Of a DNA stretch of 64,000 bases, positions 40,586-50,182 are shown piece after piece. A program made the position numbers and the translations under genes. Source of the DNA: an uncultured Acidobacteriota bacterium (GTDB taxonomy: Bacteria > Acidobacteriota > Thermoanaerobaculia > UBA5066 > Gp7-AA6); the NCBI GenBank assembly GCA_963764025.1, contig CAVXRK010000004.1, positions 586,178 to 650,177 on the forward strand. The letters run 5' to 3'. Position 1 is the first letter of the stretch, and each line of letters begins with the position of its first letter. The notes beneath the pieces are model-generated. The model was not told the DNA's origin and did no database searches. It saw nothing but the letters and a program-made list of their open reading frames with translations.

Positions 40586-43165
40586 CTACCGGAGACCATC
40601 CACGACGTAGAGATCCGCGAGACTGCGCGCGAAGGAGTAGGCGTAGTACTTCTCGTCGGGCGTGATCCAGACTGGCGAGATCAGCCAGATGCCGGCCGGG
40701 TCGGGAGGCATGAGCTCTTTCCAGAGCTCCTTGCGACCCGTGGCGACATCGAGCTTCATGACGCGCTGCGGCACTTCTCCGCGGACGCGCACGAACAGGA
40801 AGCGGCCGTCGGCAGTCCAACCGCTCGGAATGTCTCCCTTCACGAGCCCCGGGATCGGCGCTGGCTCTCCGCCCGCGACCGGATAGAGATAGAAGCGCTG
40901 GTCCGGGCCGACCACCGTCAGAGCCTTGCCATCGCGAGAGCCTCCCCTCGCGAACATCCGGTAGCCCTCCGGTGAGACGGGCTTCGGTTTCGCGTCGTCC
41001 AACCCCTGCACCCAGAGGCGCGACCCGCGATCCGGCTCGCTTCCGGAGAAGACGATCCGGCGGCCGTCCGGCAGCCAGTCCGCCTGCTCGATCCGGATCG
41101 CCGTCGCCGGCAGCATCTTCGGCTCGCCCGCGCCTATCGGATAGATCGCGAAGCGATAGAGCGCGCCCTGCTTGACGATCCCGAGCGCCACGCGGCCATC
41201 CGGAGAAAATTCCGCGGCCACGCCGCCCCCGAGTCGCACCGCGGGCGACCCATCCGCCTTCCGAACGTAGACGGTGTTACCGCCCGAGCCTTCGCCGCTC
41301 TCGTCGAAGAGCAGCGTCTGGCCGTCGGGAGTGACGTCGCGAATGAGCGACCAGTCGAGCCAGGCGAAGTCGCGTTCCTTCTCTCCACCGGGGAGCAACC
41401 CGGAGATCCCCTGGCGGGCTTTCTCCTGCGTGACGAGCACTCGCCCGCTCTTTGCGACGTCCTGGATCGTGAAACCGCCGGTCCCCTGGGCGAGGATTCG
41501 GACTCGGCCGGAGCGGGAGGCGGCGCAGAGCGCCCGCGTGAAGCCCTCCTTCGCCCCCGTGAACCAGACCTCGGAGCCGTCCGGCGACCACGCGAGCCCC
41601 TGTGCGCTGACGAAGAGGCCGGAGATCACGACTCGCTTACCCGAGCGGTCGACGATCATTGCCGTTCCCGCGTCGTCGCCCTGAGCCGGGTGGTCGAGAA
41701 ACGCCACCTCGTCGCCCTTCGGCGAGACCCGCGGATGGGAGATCCAACCGGCGGTCTCGTACAGGACCTTGCCGACGGGATACTCGAGCCGGACCTTTCC
41801 GCCCTGCTGCCGAACGATGGCGAGACTCTGGCCGTCCGGGGCCCAATCGGCCCACAGCACGTCCTCGAGGACCTCCTTCGGCGTGCCGCCGCCCGTCATG
41901 CCGAGGCGCGCGAGCGTGCCGGTACGAGTGAACGGGATCGAGCCGTGGCGATTCAGCGACACCGCCATCTCTCCGGAAGGCGAGACCGCCAGCACCTCCG
42001 CGTTCGCCAGGCCGAACAGGCGCGACTCCGGATTGTCCAGCCGCGAGACGAACACCTCCATGGGGCGGCCGTCCCAGTTCGCCGAGTACAGGATCGTCTG
42101 TCCGTCCGGAGCGAAGCGCGCGGAGGCCATCACGCCCCGCCGGAACGTGAGCTGGTGAAACGTCGGCGGCGGCACGTATCCGGCGCGCTTCCCGACCCAG
42201 TAGGCCGCCGCGATTGCCGCGAGCGCAACGCCGACGCCGACCAGAAGCGGCAGGCGGCGGCCTCCGACCGGCACGCGCAACTTTTCGAGAGTGGGCTTTG
42301 AAGCGGAGGACCCGGAGAGCGCCTCGAGATCGAAGGCGAGGTCGTGTGCCGAGTGGAACCGCTCCTCGGGGTTCTTCTCCAGGCAATGGCGCACGACGCG
42401 CTCGAGGCCCGGCTGCACGCTCTTGTTCGTCGCCGACAGATCCGGCGGCTCCTCCCGCAGAATGGCCGACATCGTCTCGGCCGCGGTGTCCCGATGGAAA
42501 GCGCGAGCGCCCGAGAGCATCTCGTAGAGCACCGCCCCGAACGCAAAAATGTCGGAGCGCGCGTCGGCGGTCTTGCCCTTGACTTGCTCCGGCGACATGT
42601 AGCCGAGCGTCCCCATCACGACGCCCGGCTCCGTCGCCGGAGGCGCGGTCGGGAAATTCGTCTGCGGACCCACCGCGCCGTCGGCCTGCGTCAGCTTGGC
42701 GAGACCGAAGTCCAGGATCTTGATCCTCCCGTCGTTGGTCACGAACACGTTCTCGGGCTTGAAGTCCCGGTGAACGATTCCTTTCTCGTGCGCCGCGGCG
42801 AGGCCCCGGGCCATCTGGATCGCGTAGTCCGTGGCCTTCCGCACGGGAAGGGCTCCCCCGGAGACGCGGGCGCGCAGCGTCTCCCCCTCGAGAAGCTCGC
42901 TGACGATGTATGGAGAGCCCTCGTAGGAACCCAGCTCGAACACCGCGGTGATGTTGGGATGGTTGAGCGACCCTGCGGCCTGCGCCTCCTGCTCGAACCG
43001 CTTGAGGCGATCGGTGTCCTGCGTGAACGACGGTGGGAGGACCTTGACCGCGACGCTGCGTTTCAAACGCTCGTCCCTGGCGCGGTAAACCTCGCCCATT
43101 CCCCCGGCGCCGATCGGCGCGAGGATCTCGTAGGGGCCGAGCCTTGTTCCCGAGGACAGCGTCAT
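40586..43165 (-). CDS. Ser/Thr protein kinase with TM helix and C-terminal TolB/PD40-like beta-propeller (K7, intact, subtype B)
   Basis: 859 aa from ATG (cat at 43163-43165). [44 protein letters not shown]...HRDFKPENVF..DFGLAK..; TM LPLLVGVGVALAAIAAAYWV; propeller to ..LYVVDGLR. GGGTAGAATCG lies 14 nt upstream. Confidence 0.9.
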   Translation of the reverse strand: MTLSSGTRLGPYEILAPIGAGGMGEVYRARDERLKRSVAVKVLPPSFTQDTDRLKRFEQEAQAAGSLNHPNITAVFELGSYEGSPYIVSELLEGETLRARVSGGALPVRKATDYAIQMARGLAAAHEKGIVHRDFKPENVFVTNDGRIKILDFGLAKLTQADGAVGPQTNFPTAPPATEPGVVMGTLGYMSPEQVKGKTADARSDIFAFGAVLYEMLSGARAFHRDTAAETMSAILREEPPDLSATNKSVQPGLERVVRHCLEKNPEERFHSAHDLAFDLEALSGSSASKPTLEKLRVPVGGRRLPLLVGVGVALAAIAAAYWVGKRAGYVPPPTFHQLTFRRGVMASARFAPDGQTILYSANWDGRPMEVFVSRLDNPESRLFGLANAEVLAVSPSGEMAVSLNRHGSIPFTRTGTLARLGMTGGGTPKEVLEDVLWADWAPDGQSLAIVRQQGGKVRLEYPVGKVLYETAGWISHPRVSPKGDEVAFLDHPAQGDDAGTAMIVDRSGKRVVISGLFVSAQGLAWSPDGSEVWFTGAKEGFTRALCAASRSGRVRILAQGTGGFTIQDVAKSGRVLVTQEKARQGISGLLPGGEKERDFAWLDWSLIRDVTPDGQTLLFDESGEGSGGNTVYVRKADGSPAVRLGGGVAAEFSPDGRVALGIVKQGALYRFAIYPIGAGEPKMLPATAIRIEQADWLPDGRRIVFSGSEPDRGSRLWVQGLDDAKPKPVSPEGYRMFARGGSRDGKALTVVGPDQRFYLYPVAGGEPAPIPGLVKGDIPSGWTADGRFLFVRVRGEVPQRVMKLDVATGRKELWKELMPPDPAGIWLISPVWITPDEKYYAYSFARSLADLYVVDGLR

Positions 43166-43230
43166 GAAAGCTGGCGCGATTCTACCCGCAGTCGTGGCGT
43201 ATTCTTGCGCCGCTTCCAAGAGAGGTGAAC

Positions 43231-45438
43231 ATGCTGCGTCGAGGAACTTCGAGCCATGCCGCGATCCTCCTGCTCGCCGCGCTCCCGGCGCTGGCCCAGA
43301 CGCCCCGCGATCTGACCGTCGACTGGATCTACGGCGAGGAAGCGACCTCGGCTGCGAAGGTCCCGAAGTTCGCCTGGACGAGCGGAGGCGAGCTGCTCCT
43401 CCTCGACGAAACCGCACCGCCGGCGACGCGCACGATCGAGCGGGTGACGCCAAAGACGGGGCAGCGGACGGCGGCCGTCGATGCGGCGGCGGCCCTGGCG
43501 AGCCTGAAGGCCATCTCGCCGAAGTCGGTGCCCGAGACCCTGCCCTGGCCCGAGGCGCTCGATCCCGCCGGGAGGACGGCCATCTACGTGATCGGCGACG
43601 ATCTCTATTCGCTCGATCTGGCGGCATCTCGTTTCGAGCGCCTGACGCGGACCGACGCGGCCGAGTCGCTCCCGCGTGTCTCCCCGGATGGACGAAGGGT
43701 CGCCTTCGTGCGCGCCAACGACCTGTGGGTCCTCGACCTCGCGACGAAAGCCGAGACCCGGCTGACCTCTGACGGCAGCGACACGATCCTGAACGGCACG
43801 TTGTCCTGGGTCTACTGGGAGGAAATCTTCGACCGCGGGGACACGGGGTTCTGGTGGTCTCCCGACTCCTCCGCGATCACGTTCCTGCGGACCGACGAGT
43901 CCGCGGTCGACGTCTCGCTGTTCACCGACTTCTCGCCCGCGGTTCCGCGCGTCATCAAGCAGCGCTATCCGCGGACCGGCGGCGCCAACCCCACAGTCCG
44001 CCTCGGCATCGCCGACGTCTCCGGCCGGAAGACGGCGTGGATGGATTCCTCGGAAGTCCCGTACGAGTACGTCCTCGGCGTCGATTGGCTGCCGGACAGC
44101 CGCTCGGTCGCCGTTCAGACGACCAACCGCGCCCAGACGAAGCTCGACGTCTGGCGGTTCGACCGCGCGACGGGCAAGACGGCGCTGGTGCTCTCCGAGG
44201 CCGACCCGGCCTTCGTCTACCAGAAAGAGATCCAGTTCTCCGACGGCGGAAAGACCTGGATCGTGACTTTCGAGAGCGGCGGCCACACGCACCTTTTCCG
44301 CTACGGCGCCGATGGTGTCCGCCGGAACGCCGTGACGCAGGGCCCCTGGTCGGTCCGCGGGCCGGGCACGTTCTACGGCGCGCCCAAGGGCTCGGCCTTC
44401 GTCGACGACGCCGCGGGCCTCGTCTACTTCACCTCGATCGAGAAGTCGCCCCTCGAGCGCCACCTCTACCGGATCCGGCCGGACGGAACGGGGATGGCGC
44501 GCATCACCCGCGAGGACGGCATGCACCGGGTCGCCCTCTCACCCGACCGCCGCTACTACGTCGACACGTATTCGAACCGCGACACCCTGCCGTCGCTTTC
44601 CCTCCACGACATCTCGGGCAAGAGCGTCGCGACCCTGTCCCCGAGCCGGATGGAGGTCCTCGCGCCGTACGCCCTCGCGAAACGGGAGCTCATCACGATC
44701 CCCGCGCCCGACGGGTTCGCCATTCCGGCGAGCCTGTTGAAGCCCGCGTCCCTCGACTCCTCGAAGAAGTACCCCGTCCTCATCCACGTTTACGGCGGCC
44801 CCGGCGCGCCGATCGTCCAGAACCGATGGGAACGCGACGGCCTGTTCGACCAGCTTCTCGTCTCGCAGGGCTACGTCGTGGCCTCGTTCGATCCGCGGAG
44901 CGCGACCGGGCAGAGCAAGGCCCTCGAGGATCTGGTCGTCCGCCGGATGATGAGCGACGTCGAGCTCGGCGATCTCCAGACGGCGGTCAAGTGGCTCAAG
45001 GCTCAGTCCTGGGCCGACCCGGCGCGGTTCGGCATCTGGGGCTGGAGCGGCGGCGGCTCGTACACGCTCCTCGCGATGACGCGCACGCAGGAGTTCAAGG
45101 CCGGCATCTCCGGCGCACCCGTCACCGACTGGCACTTCTACGATTCCAAGTTCGGCGAGGCCTACATGAAGACCGCCGAGGACAACCCCGAGGGGTACGC
45201 GCTGACGTCGTTCGTCAAGCGTGCGAAGGACCTGTCGGGGCGCCTGCTCCTCGTCTTCGGGTCCTATGACGACAACGTCCACCCGCAGAACGAGTGGGCC
45301 TTCGCCGACGCCCTGATCGCGGCAGGAAAGCCGTTCGACATCATGGTCTACCCGATGCGCAAGCACGGCTTCGTCGACAAGCCGGCGATCCGCCACCGGG
45401 CCGCAAAGATGCTGGAGTTCTGGAAGCTGTACCTGTAG
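43231..45438 (+). CDS. Dipeptidyl-peptidase IV (S9B prolyl oligopeptidase family: N-terminal propeller plus alpha/beta hydrolase), secreted
   Basis: SD aagagagg. MLRRGTSSHAAILLLAALPALAQ signal. ..WSPDGRRVAFVR.. propeller. C-terminal ..GIWGWSGGGSYTLLAM... (GWSGG nucleophile elbow). Confidence 0.85.
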   Translation: MLRRGTSSHAAILLLAALPALAQTPRDLTVDWIYGEEATSAAKVPKFAWTSGGELLLLDETAPPATRTIERVTPKTGQRTAAVDAAAALASLKAISPKSVPETLPWPEALDPAGRTAIYVIGDDLYSLDLAASRFERLTRTDAAESLPRVSPDGRRVAFVRANDLWVLDLATKAETRLTSDGSDTILNGTLSWVYWEEIFDRGDTGFWWSPDSSAITFLRTDESAVDVSLFTDFSPAVPRVIKQRYPRTGGANPTVRLGIADVSGRKTAWMDSSEVPYEYVLGVDWLPDSRSVAVQTTNRAQTKLDVWRFDRATGKTALVLSEADPAFVYQKEIQFSDGGKTWIVTFESGGHTHLFRYGADGVRRNAVTQGPWSVRGPGTFYGAPKGSAFVDDAAGLVYFTSIEKSPLERHLYRIRPDGTGMARITREDGMHRVALSPDRRYYVDTYSNRDTLPSLSLHDISGKSVATLSPSRMEVLAPYALAKRELITIPAPDGFAIPASLLKPASLDSSKKYPVLIHVYGGPGAPIVQNRWERDGLFDQLLVSQGYVVASFDPRSATGQSKALEDLVVRRMMSDVELGDLQTAVKWLKAQSWADPARFGIWGWSGGGSYTLLAMTRTQEFKAGISGAPVTDWHFYDSKFGEAYMKTAEDNPEGYALTSFVKRAKDLSGRLLLVFGSYDDNVHPQNEWAFADALIAAGKPFDIMVYPMRKHGFVDKPAIRHRAAKMLEFWKLYL

Positions 45439-45459
45439 CCGGATCGCCGGCGATCAGGT

Positions 45460-46293
45460 CTAGCCCCGCATCGCCAGAAGCCGACGGATCCTCTCTTCGA
45501 GCGGCGGGTGGGTCGAAAAGAGCGCCATGAGCCCACCGCCCGCGAGGGGATTGACGATGCAGAGGTGGGCGTTCGTCGGGCTCGCGCCCTCGAGCGGAAT
45601 GCGCCCCGAAGCGGCCCCGAGCTTCTCGAGCGCGCTCGCGAGCGGGCGCGGGTCGCCCATGAGCGTCGCTCCCGACGCGTCGGCGCCGTATTCCCGGCTC
45701 CGGCTGACGGCGAACTGGATGAGCATCGCGGCGATCGGAGCGAGGATGATGAACAGCAAGGCCAGCGGGTTCCCGCCGCCGCGGCGGTCGTCGCCGCTCC
45801 TCGGCGTCATGTAGGCAAAGCGCGTCAGAAACGTCAGCGCGCCGGCGAGAGTCGCGGCGATCGACGAGGTCAGAATGTCGCGATTCAGGACATGGGAGAT
45901 CTCGTGGGCGAGAACGCCTTCGAGCTCGGCCTCGTTCATCGCCTGGAGGATGCCCTCCGTCGCGGCGACCGCGGCGTGCTGCGGATTCCGTCCGGTCGCG
46001 AAGGCGTTCAAGGCGGGGCTCGGCACGACGTAGAGCCGCGGCATCGGAATGCCGGCCTTGCTCGCCAGGCGCTGGACGATCGCATGCAGCTTCGGCGCCT
46101 CGGCCTCGGTGACGGGCTGCGCCCGATACGCCGCGAGCGCCAGCTTGTCGCTGAAAAAGTACGAGACGAAGTTCATCACCGCCGAGAACGCGAGGGCGAG
46201 GAGCATCCCCTGGTCGCCGCCGAGGGCGTACCCGACGAAAAGGAAGAGCCCGGTCAGGAGGCCGAGCAGGATCGTCGTCTTCATCATGTTCAT
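45460..46293 (-). CDS. htpX: Protease HtpX (M48 zinc metalloprotease)
   Basis: MNMMKTTILLGLLTGLFLFVGYALGG...HEISHVLNRD (HExxH) ...EYGADASGATL. Confidence 0.9.
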   Translation of the reverse strand: MNMMKTTILLGLLTGLFLFVGYALGGDQGMLLALAFSAVMNFVSYFFSDKLALAAYRAQPVTEAEAPKLHAIVQRLASKAGIPMPRLYVVPSPALNAFATGRNPQHAAVAATEGILQAMNEAELEGVLAHEISHVLNRDILTSSIAATLAGALTFLTRFAYMTPRSGDDRRGGGNPLALLFIILAPIAAMLIQFAVSRSREYGADASGATLMGDPRPLASALEKLGAASGRIPLEGASPTNAHLCIVNPLAGGGLMALFSTHPPLEERIRRLLAMRG

Positions 46294-46344
46294 CGCCGCA
46301 CCTCCGCCGCGCGAACGACGATACCGCTCTCCCGGCGGGACGGG

Positions 46345-47622
46345 CTACTCGTACCGGAGCGCCTCGATCGGGTCCAGCCGGGACGCCTTCACGGCCGGGT
46401 AGAGGCCGAAGAAGATCCCGACCGACAGCGAGACGGCGAGGCCGAGGATCACGGACCACAAGGGCGTCTCCGCCGGCAGCGCGTCGAAGACCGCCTTGAT
46501 CGCCGCCGGGACCGCGACGCCGACGGCGACGCCGATGATGCCGCCGAGGACCGAAAGGGTCGTGGCCTCCGTCAGGAACTGCAGCACGATGTCCCGGCGA
46601 AAGGCGCCCACGGCCTTGCGCACGCCGATCTCCCGCGTCCGCTCCGTCACCGACACGAGCATGATGTTCATCACCCCCACGCCGCCGATCACGAGCGACA
46701 CGAACGCGATGAAGATCATGGCCAGGGTGATGCCCTGGGTGATCCCGCGGAAGCTCTCGATCATCTTGTCCGGCGTGACGATACCGAAGTCGTTCGGCTG
46801 GTCGAAACGGACGTGGCGCCGGGTCCGCAGGACCTGCTGCACCTTGTCGATCAGCTCCGGGACCTGGTCCGGCCGGTGCGGCACCATGGCGATCCGGAGT
46901 GCGTCGCCTTCCATCCCGCCGACCCTGATCCAGGGGAAGCGCCGGTCGAACGTCGTCAGCGGGATCGTGACGAAGTTGTCCTGCGACTCGCCGAACATCT
47001 TCCCCTTCTTCTCGAAGACCCCGATCACCGTGTAGGCGTCGTGACCCAGCGTCAGCCGCTTCTGCAGGGGATCCTCCCGAGGGAAGAGCTTCTCCGCGAT
47101 CTCCGCGCCGAGCACGATGACGTCGGCCGAGTGCTCCACGTCGAGCTCGTTCAGGAAACGTCCCTGCGACACGAAGCGGCTCAGGGCGACGGCGTAGGGC
47201 TCCATGACGCCGAAGACCCTCGGCGACTGGACCTCGTTGTCGCGGTACTTCAGGTGGAAGTTCGAGTTGTCCCAGAGGTAGCGCTGCGGCGAGACGGCCC
47301 GCGCCTCCGGCACCTGCTCCCGGATCGCGTCGGCGTCGGCGAGGGTCAGGTCCTTCCTCCGGAGCTCGCCTTCCGGGCGCGGGCCGCCGGGCCCGAAGCG
47401 CGGCTCGTACTTCTGGATCATGACGAGGCTCGCGCCGAAGCTCTGGAAGTTGCGGACCATGTTGTTGTTGAAACCGGTGACGATCGAGACCATCGCGATG
47501 ACCGTCGCCACCCCGACGACGATCCCGAGAACCGTCAACCCGGCGCGCAGCTTGTGCAGGCGCACGGCGAGCATCGCAAACCGCAGGTTCTCCCCGAACC
47601 CGCGACGGAGGTGCTGAAACAC
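46345..47622 (-). CDS. ABC transporter permease, MacB/FtsX-like (copy 3, intact)
   Basis: 425 aa. N-terminal TM, large periplasmic domain, C-terminal FtsX fold ..GGVGVMNIMLVSVTERTREIGVRKAVGAFRRDIVLQFLTEA...ALRYE. Confidence 0.8.
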   Translation of the reverse strand: MFQHLRRGFGENLRFAMLAVRLHKLRAGLTVLGIVVGVATVIAMVSIVTGFNNNMVRNFQSFGASLVMIQKYEPRFGPGGPRPEGELRRKDLTLADADAIREQVPEARAVSPQRYLWDNSNFHLKYRDNEVQSPRVFGVMEPYAVALSRFVSQGRFLNELDVEHSADVIVLGAEIAEKLFPREDPLQKRLTLGHDAYTVIGVFEKKGKMFGESQDNFVTIPLTTFDRRFPWIRVGGMEGDALRIAMVPHRPDQVPELIDKVQQVLRTRRHVRFDQPNDFGIVTPDKMIESFRGITQGITLAMIFIAFVSLVIGGVGVMNIMLVSVTERTREIGVRKAVGAFRRDIVLQFLTEATTLSVLGGIIGVAVGVAVPAAIKAVFDALPAETPLWSVILGLAVSLSVGIFFGLYPAVKASRLDPIEALRYE

Positions 47623-47640
47623 GGGCGGAAACTATCAGCA

Positions 47641-47670
47641 GTCTGCGGCGTCTGCCGTCCGCCGTCCAGT
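47641..47670. repeat. Short heptamer-like tandem repeat (gtctgccgtccgccgtcc) in intergenic region
   Basis: Resembles the repeat at 7336-7363. Confidence 0.4.
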
Positions 47671-47675
47671 TCCGT

Positions 47676-48955
47676 CTACTCGTACCGGAGCGCTTCGATC
47701 GGGTCGAGCCGCGAGGCCTTCACGGCCGGGTAGAGCCCGAAGAAGATGCCGACCGACATCGACACGAGGAGGCCGACGAGGATCGCCCAGAAGGGCGTCT
47801 CCGCGGGAAGGGCCGCGAAGGCCGCCTTGATCCCGGCCGGGACGGCGACCCCGACGACGACGCCGATGACGCCGCCGAGCAGCGACAGCGTCGTGGCCTC
47901 GGTCAGGAACTGGAGGACGATGTCGCGGCGGAAGGCGCCGACGGCCTTGCGCACGCCGATCTCCCGCGTCCGCTCCGTCACCGAGACGAGCATGATGTTC
48001 ATCACGCCGACTCCGCCGATCAGGAGCGAGATGAAGGCGATGAAGATCATCGCGCCCGTGACGCCGTTGGTGATGCCGCGGAAGCTACTCGATCATCTTG
48101 TCGGGCGTCAGGATGTAGAAGTCGTCCTCGGCGTTGAACGGCACGCCCCGGCGCGCGCGCAGGAGGGCCCGTCCCTTCTCGATCGACCGCGTCGACCTGG
48201 TCCGGCCGGTACGGGACCGTGGCGATGTGGATCGTGTCGCCCCGGCTGCTCTTGATCTGCGGGAACTGGTGGTCGAAGGTCGAGAAGGGAATGAAGAACC
48301 AGTGGTTGCTGGAACCGCCCCCGAAGTCGCCCTTCTCCTCCATGATCCCGATGACCGTGTACTTCCAGCCGTTCAGCTCGACCGTCTTGTTGAGCGGGCT
48401 CTCGTTGGGGAAGAGCGCCTTCTGGACGTCCGTGCCGATGACGCAGACTTCGGACGAGTGCGCGATGTCCGTCTCCGTGAAGAAGCGGCCATGCTCGACG
48501 AAGTGATTGTTCGCGAGCGTGTAGTCGGGATAGACGCCTGCGACGGTCGGCGACGTTGACTCGTTGCCGCGGTACTTGACCGTGACGTTGGTGCCGTCGA
48601 AGAGGTACCGCTCGGGCGACACCCCGCGGATCTCGGGGATCTGGGCCTTCAACGCCAGCGCGTCCTCGAGCGTCAGGTCCTTGCGGTTGCGCTCGGTGTC
48701 GGAGCGGTGACCGGGCCCGAACCGCATCGAGAACTTCTGGAACTGCACGAGGGTCGCGCCGAAGCTCTGGAACTGGCGCGCCATGCTGTTGTTGAAGCCG
48801 TTGACGATCGAAACCATCGCGATGACCGTCGACACGCCCACGACGATGCCGAGCACCGTCAGCGAGGCCCGCAGCTTGTGGGCGCGGACCGCGAGCATCG
48901 CGAAGCGCATGTTCTCGCCGAAGCCGCGACGCAGGTGGGAGATCAGGGAGGACAT
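47676..48955 (-). pseudogene. MacB/FtsX-like ABC permease paralog (copy 2) with several frameshifts around 48060-48250
   Basis: 302-aa N-terminal ORF (MSSLISHLRRGFGENMRFAMLAVRAHKLRASLTVLGIVVGVSTVIAM...) and 124-aa C-terminal ORF (MIFIAFISLLIGGVGVMNIMLVSVTERTREIGVRKAVGAFRR...ALRYE) in different frames. Compared with copy 3, there is an extra a in ggaagctActcgatcat and further indels. Confidence 0.7.
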
Positions 48956-48967
48956 GGCAACGGGCCC

Positions 48968-50182
48968 CTATTCGTAGCGAAGCGCTTCGACCGGCGGCAG
49001 CTTGCTCGCCTGCGAGGAGGGGATCCAGCCGGCCAGGATGCCCGTCACCGTGGCGACGCCGACCCCGAGCAGGATGAAGGAGAGCCGCACCTGCGCCGGG
49101 AAGACCTGCCTGACCGCGAGCGCGATGAGGGTGCCGAGGATCACGCCGATGACGCCGCCGATCGACGACAGGAGGGCCGCTTCGAGGAGGAACTGAAGGC
49201 GGATGTCCTTGCGCCGCGCGCCGAGGGCCCGCCGCACGCCGATCTCCTTGGTCCGCTCGACGACCGAGACGAACATGATGTTCGCGACGACGATCGCGCC
49301 GACGACGAGCGAGATCCCCGAGATGAGGACCATCAGCAGGAACATCCCCGCCGAGATGCCGCGCCACAGGGTCTGGAGGAGCTCCGCCGTGACGAGGCCG
49401 AACGGATCGTCCTTCTCGAAGCCCGTCTTGCGCAGCGCCCGCAGGATCGTGCGCACCTCGTCGGTCGCGGCCGTCACGCCCTCGACGCCGCCCTTGGGCT
49501 TGAGGAAGATCCCGATGTCCTCGCTCGGCGCGATGTGCTTGTGGAAGAGCGTCAGCGGGATGTAGATCACGTTGTCCTGGCTCTGACCCAGGACCGAGCC
49601 CTGCTTGGCGAGCGTCCCGATGACCTTGACCGGATAGCCGTCGATCTTCATCACCCGGCCGATCGGGTCGATGTTCGGGAAGAGCTCGTCCTGCACGTCC
49701 CAGCCGATGACGGCGACGGGGAACGACTGGTTGTACTCGGTCTCGGTGAAGTAGCGCCCGTTGACGATGTCGAACTTCATCGCCTCGCCCATGTTCGGCG
49801 TGTGGCCCTGGATCTCGACCTGCGGGAGCTTCCGGTCCTCGTATTTGACGGGACGGTTGCGTTCGCCGCGCGCGCCGATCGACGCACAGAGCTTGCACTC
49901 GCGGCGCACGACCTCCATGTCGGTCAGCGTGAGGTCCTTGCGCTTGCGGGCCATGAGCCACTCTTCGCGGCTCGTGATGATCCCGTACTTCGTGAAGATC
50001 ACGATGTCGGGATTGAGGCCGATTACCTTGTCCTTGACGTAGGCGTTCAGCCCCGAGATGACCGAGACGACGCCGACGACCGTGGCGACCCCGATGATGA
50101 CGCCGAGCAGCGTCAGGAACGCGCGGAGCTTGTGACGCGTGAGCGCCGACCCCGAGACGCGGAAGAGCTCGGCGGTCGTCAT
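48968..50182 (-). CDS. MacB/FtsX-like ABC permease (copy 1), in frame with the upstream MFP with no intervening stop
   Basis: MTTAELFRVSGSALTRHKLRAFLTLLGVIIGVATVVG...ERTKEIGVRRALGARRKDIRLQFLLEA...ALRYE. ATG (cat 50180-50182) overlaps a TGA in the -1 frame (gggATGAcg). Confidence 0.7.
   Translation of the reverse strand: MTTAELFRVSGSALTRHKLRAFLTLLGVIIGVATVVGVVSVISGLNAYVKDKVIGLNPDIVIFTKYGIITSREEWLMARKRKDLTLTDMEVVRRECKLCASIGARGERNRPVKYEDRKLPQVEIQGHTPNMGEAMKFDIVNGRYFTETEYNQSFPVAVIGWDVQDELFPNIDPIGRVMKIDGYPVKVIGTLAKQGSVLGQSQDNVIYIPLTLFHKHIAPSEDIGIFLKPKGGVEGVTAATDEVRTILRALRKTGFEKDDPFGLVTAELLQTLWRGISAGMFLLMVLISGISLVVGAIVVANIMFVSVVERTKEIGVRRALGARRKDIRLQFLLEAALLSSIGGVIGVILGTLIALAVRQVFPAQVRLSFILLGVGVATVTGILAGWIPSSQASKLPPVEALRYE

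Noticed and set aside
24568-43165. Possible CRISPR array, given the repeated units
   Set aside because: The period is about 2.6 kb and the units are protein-coding kinases. There are no short direct repeats with spacers anywhere in the window.
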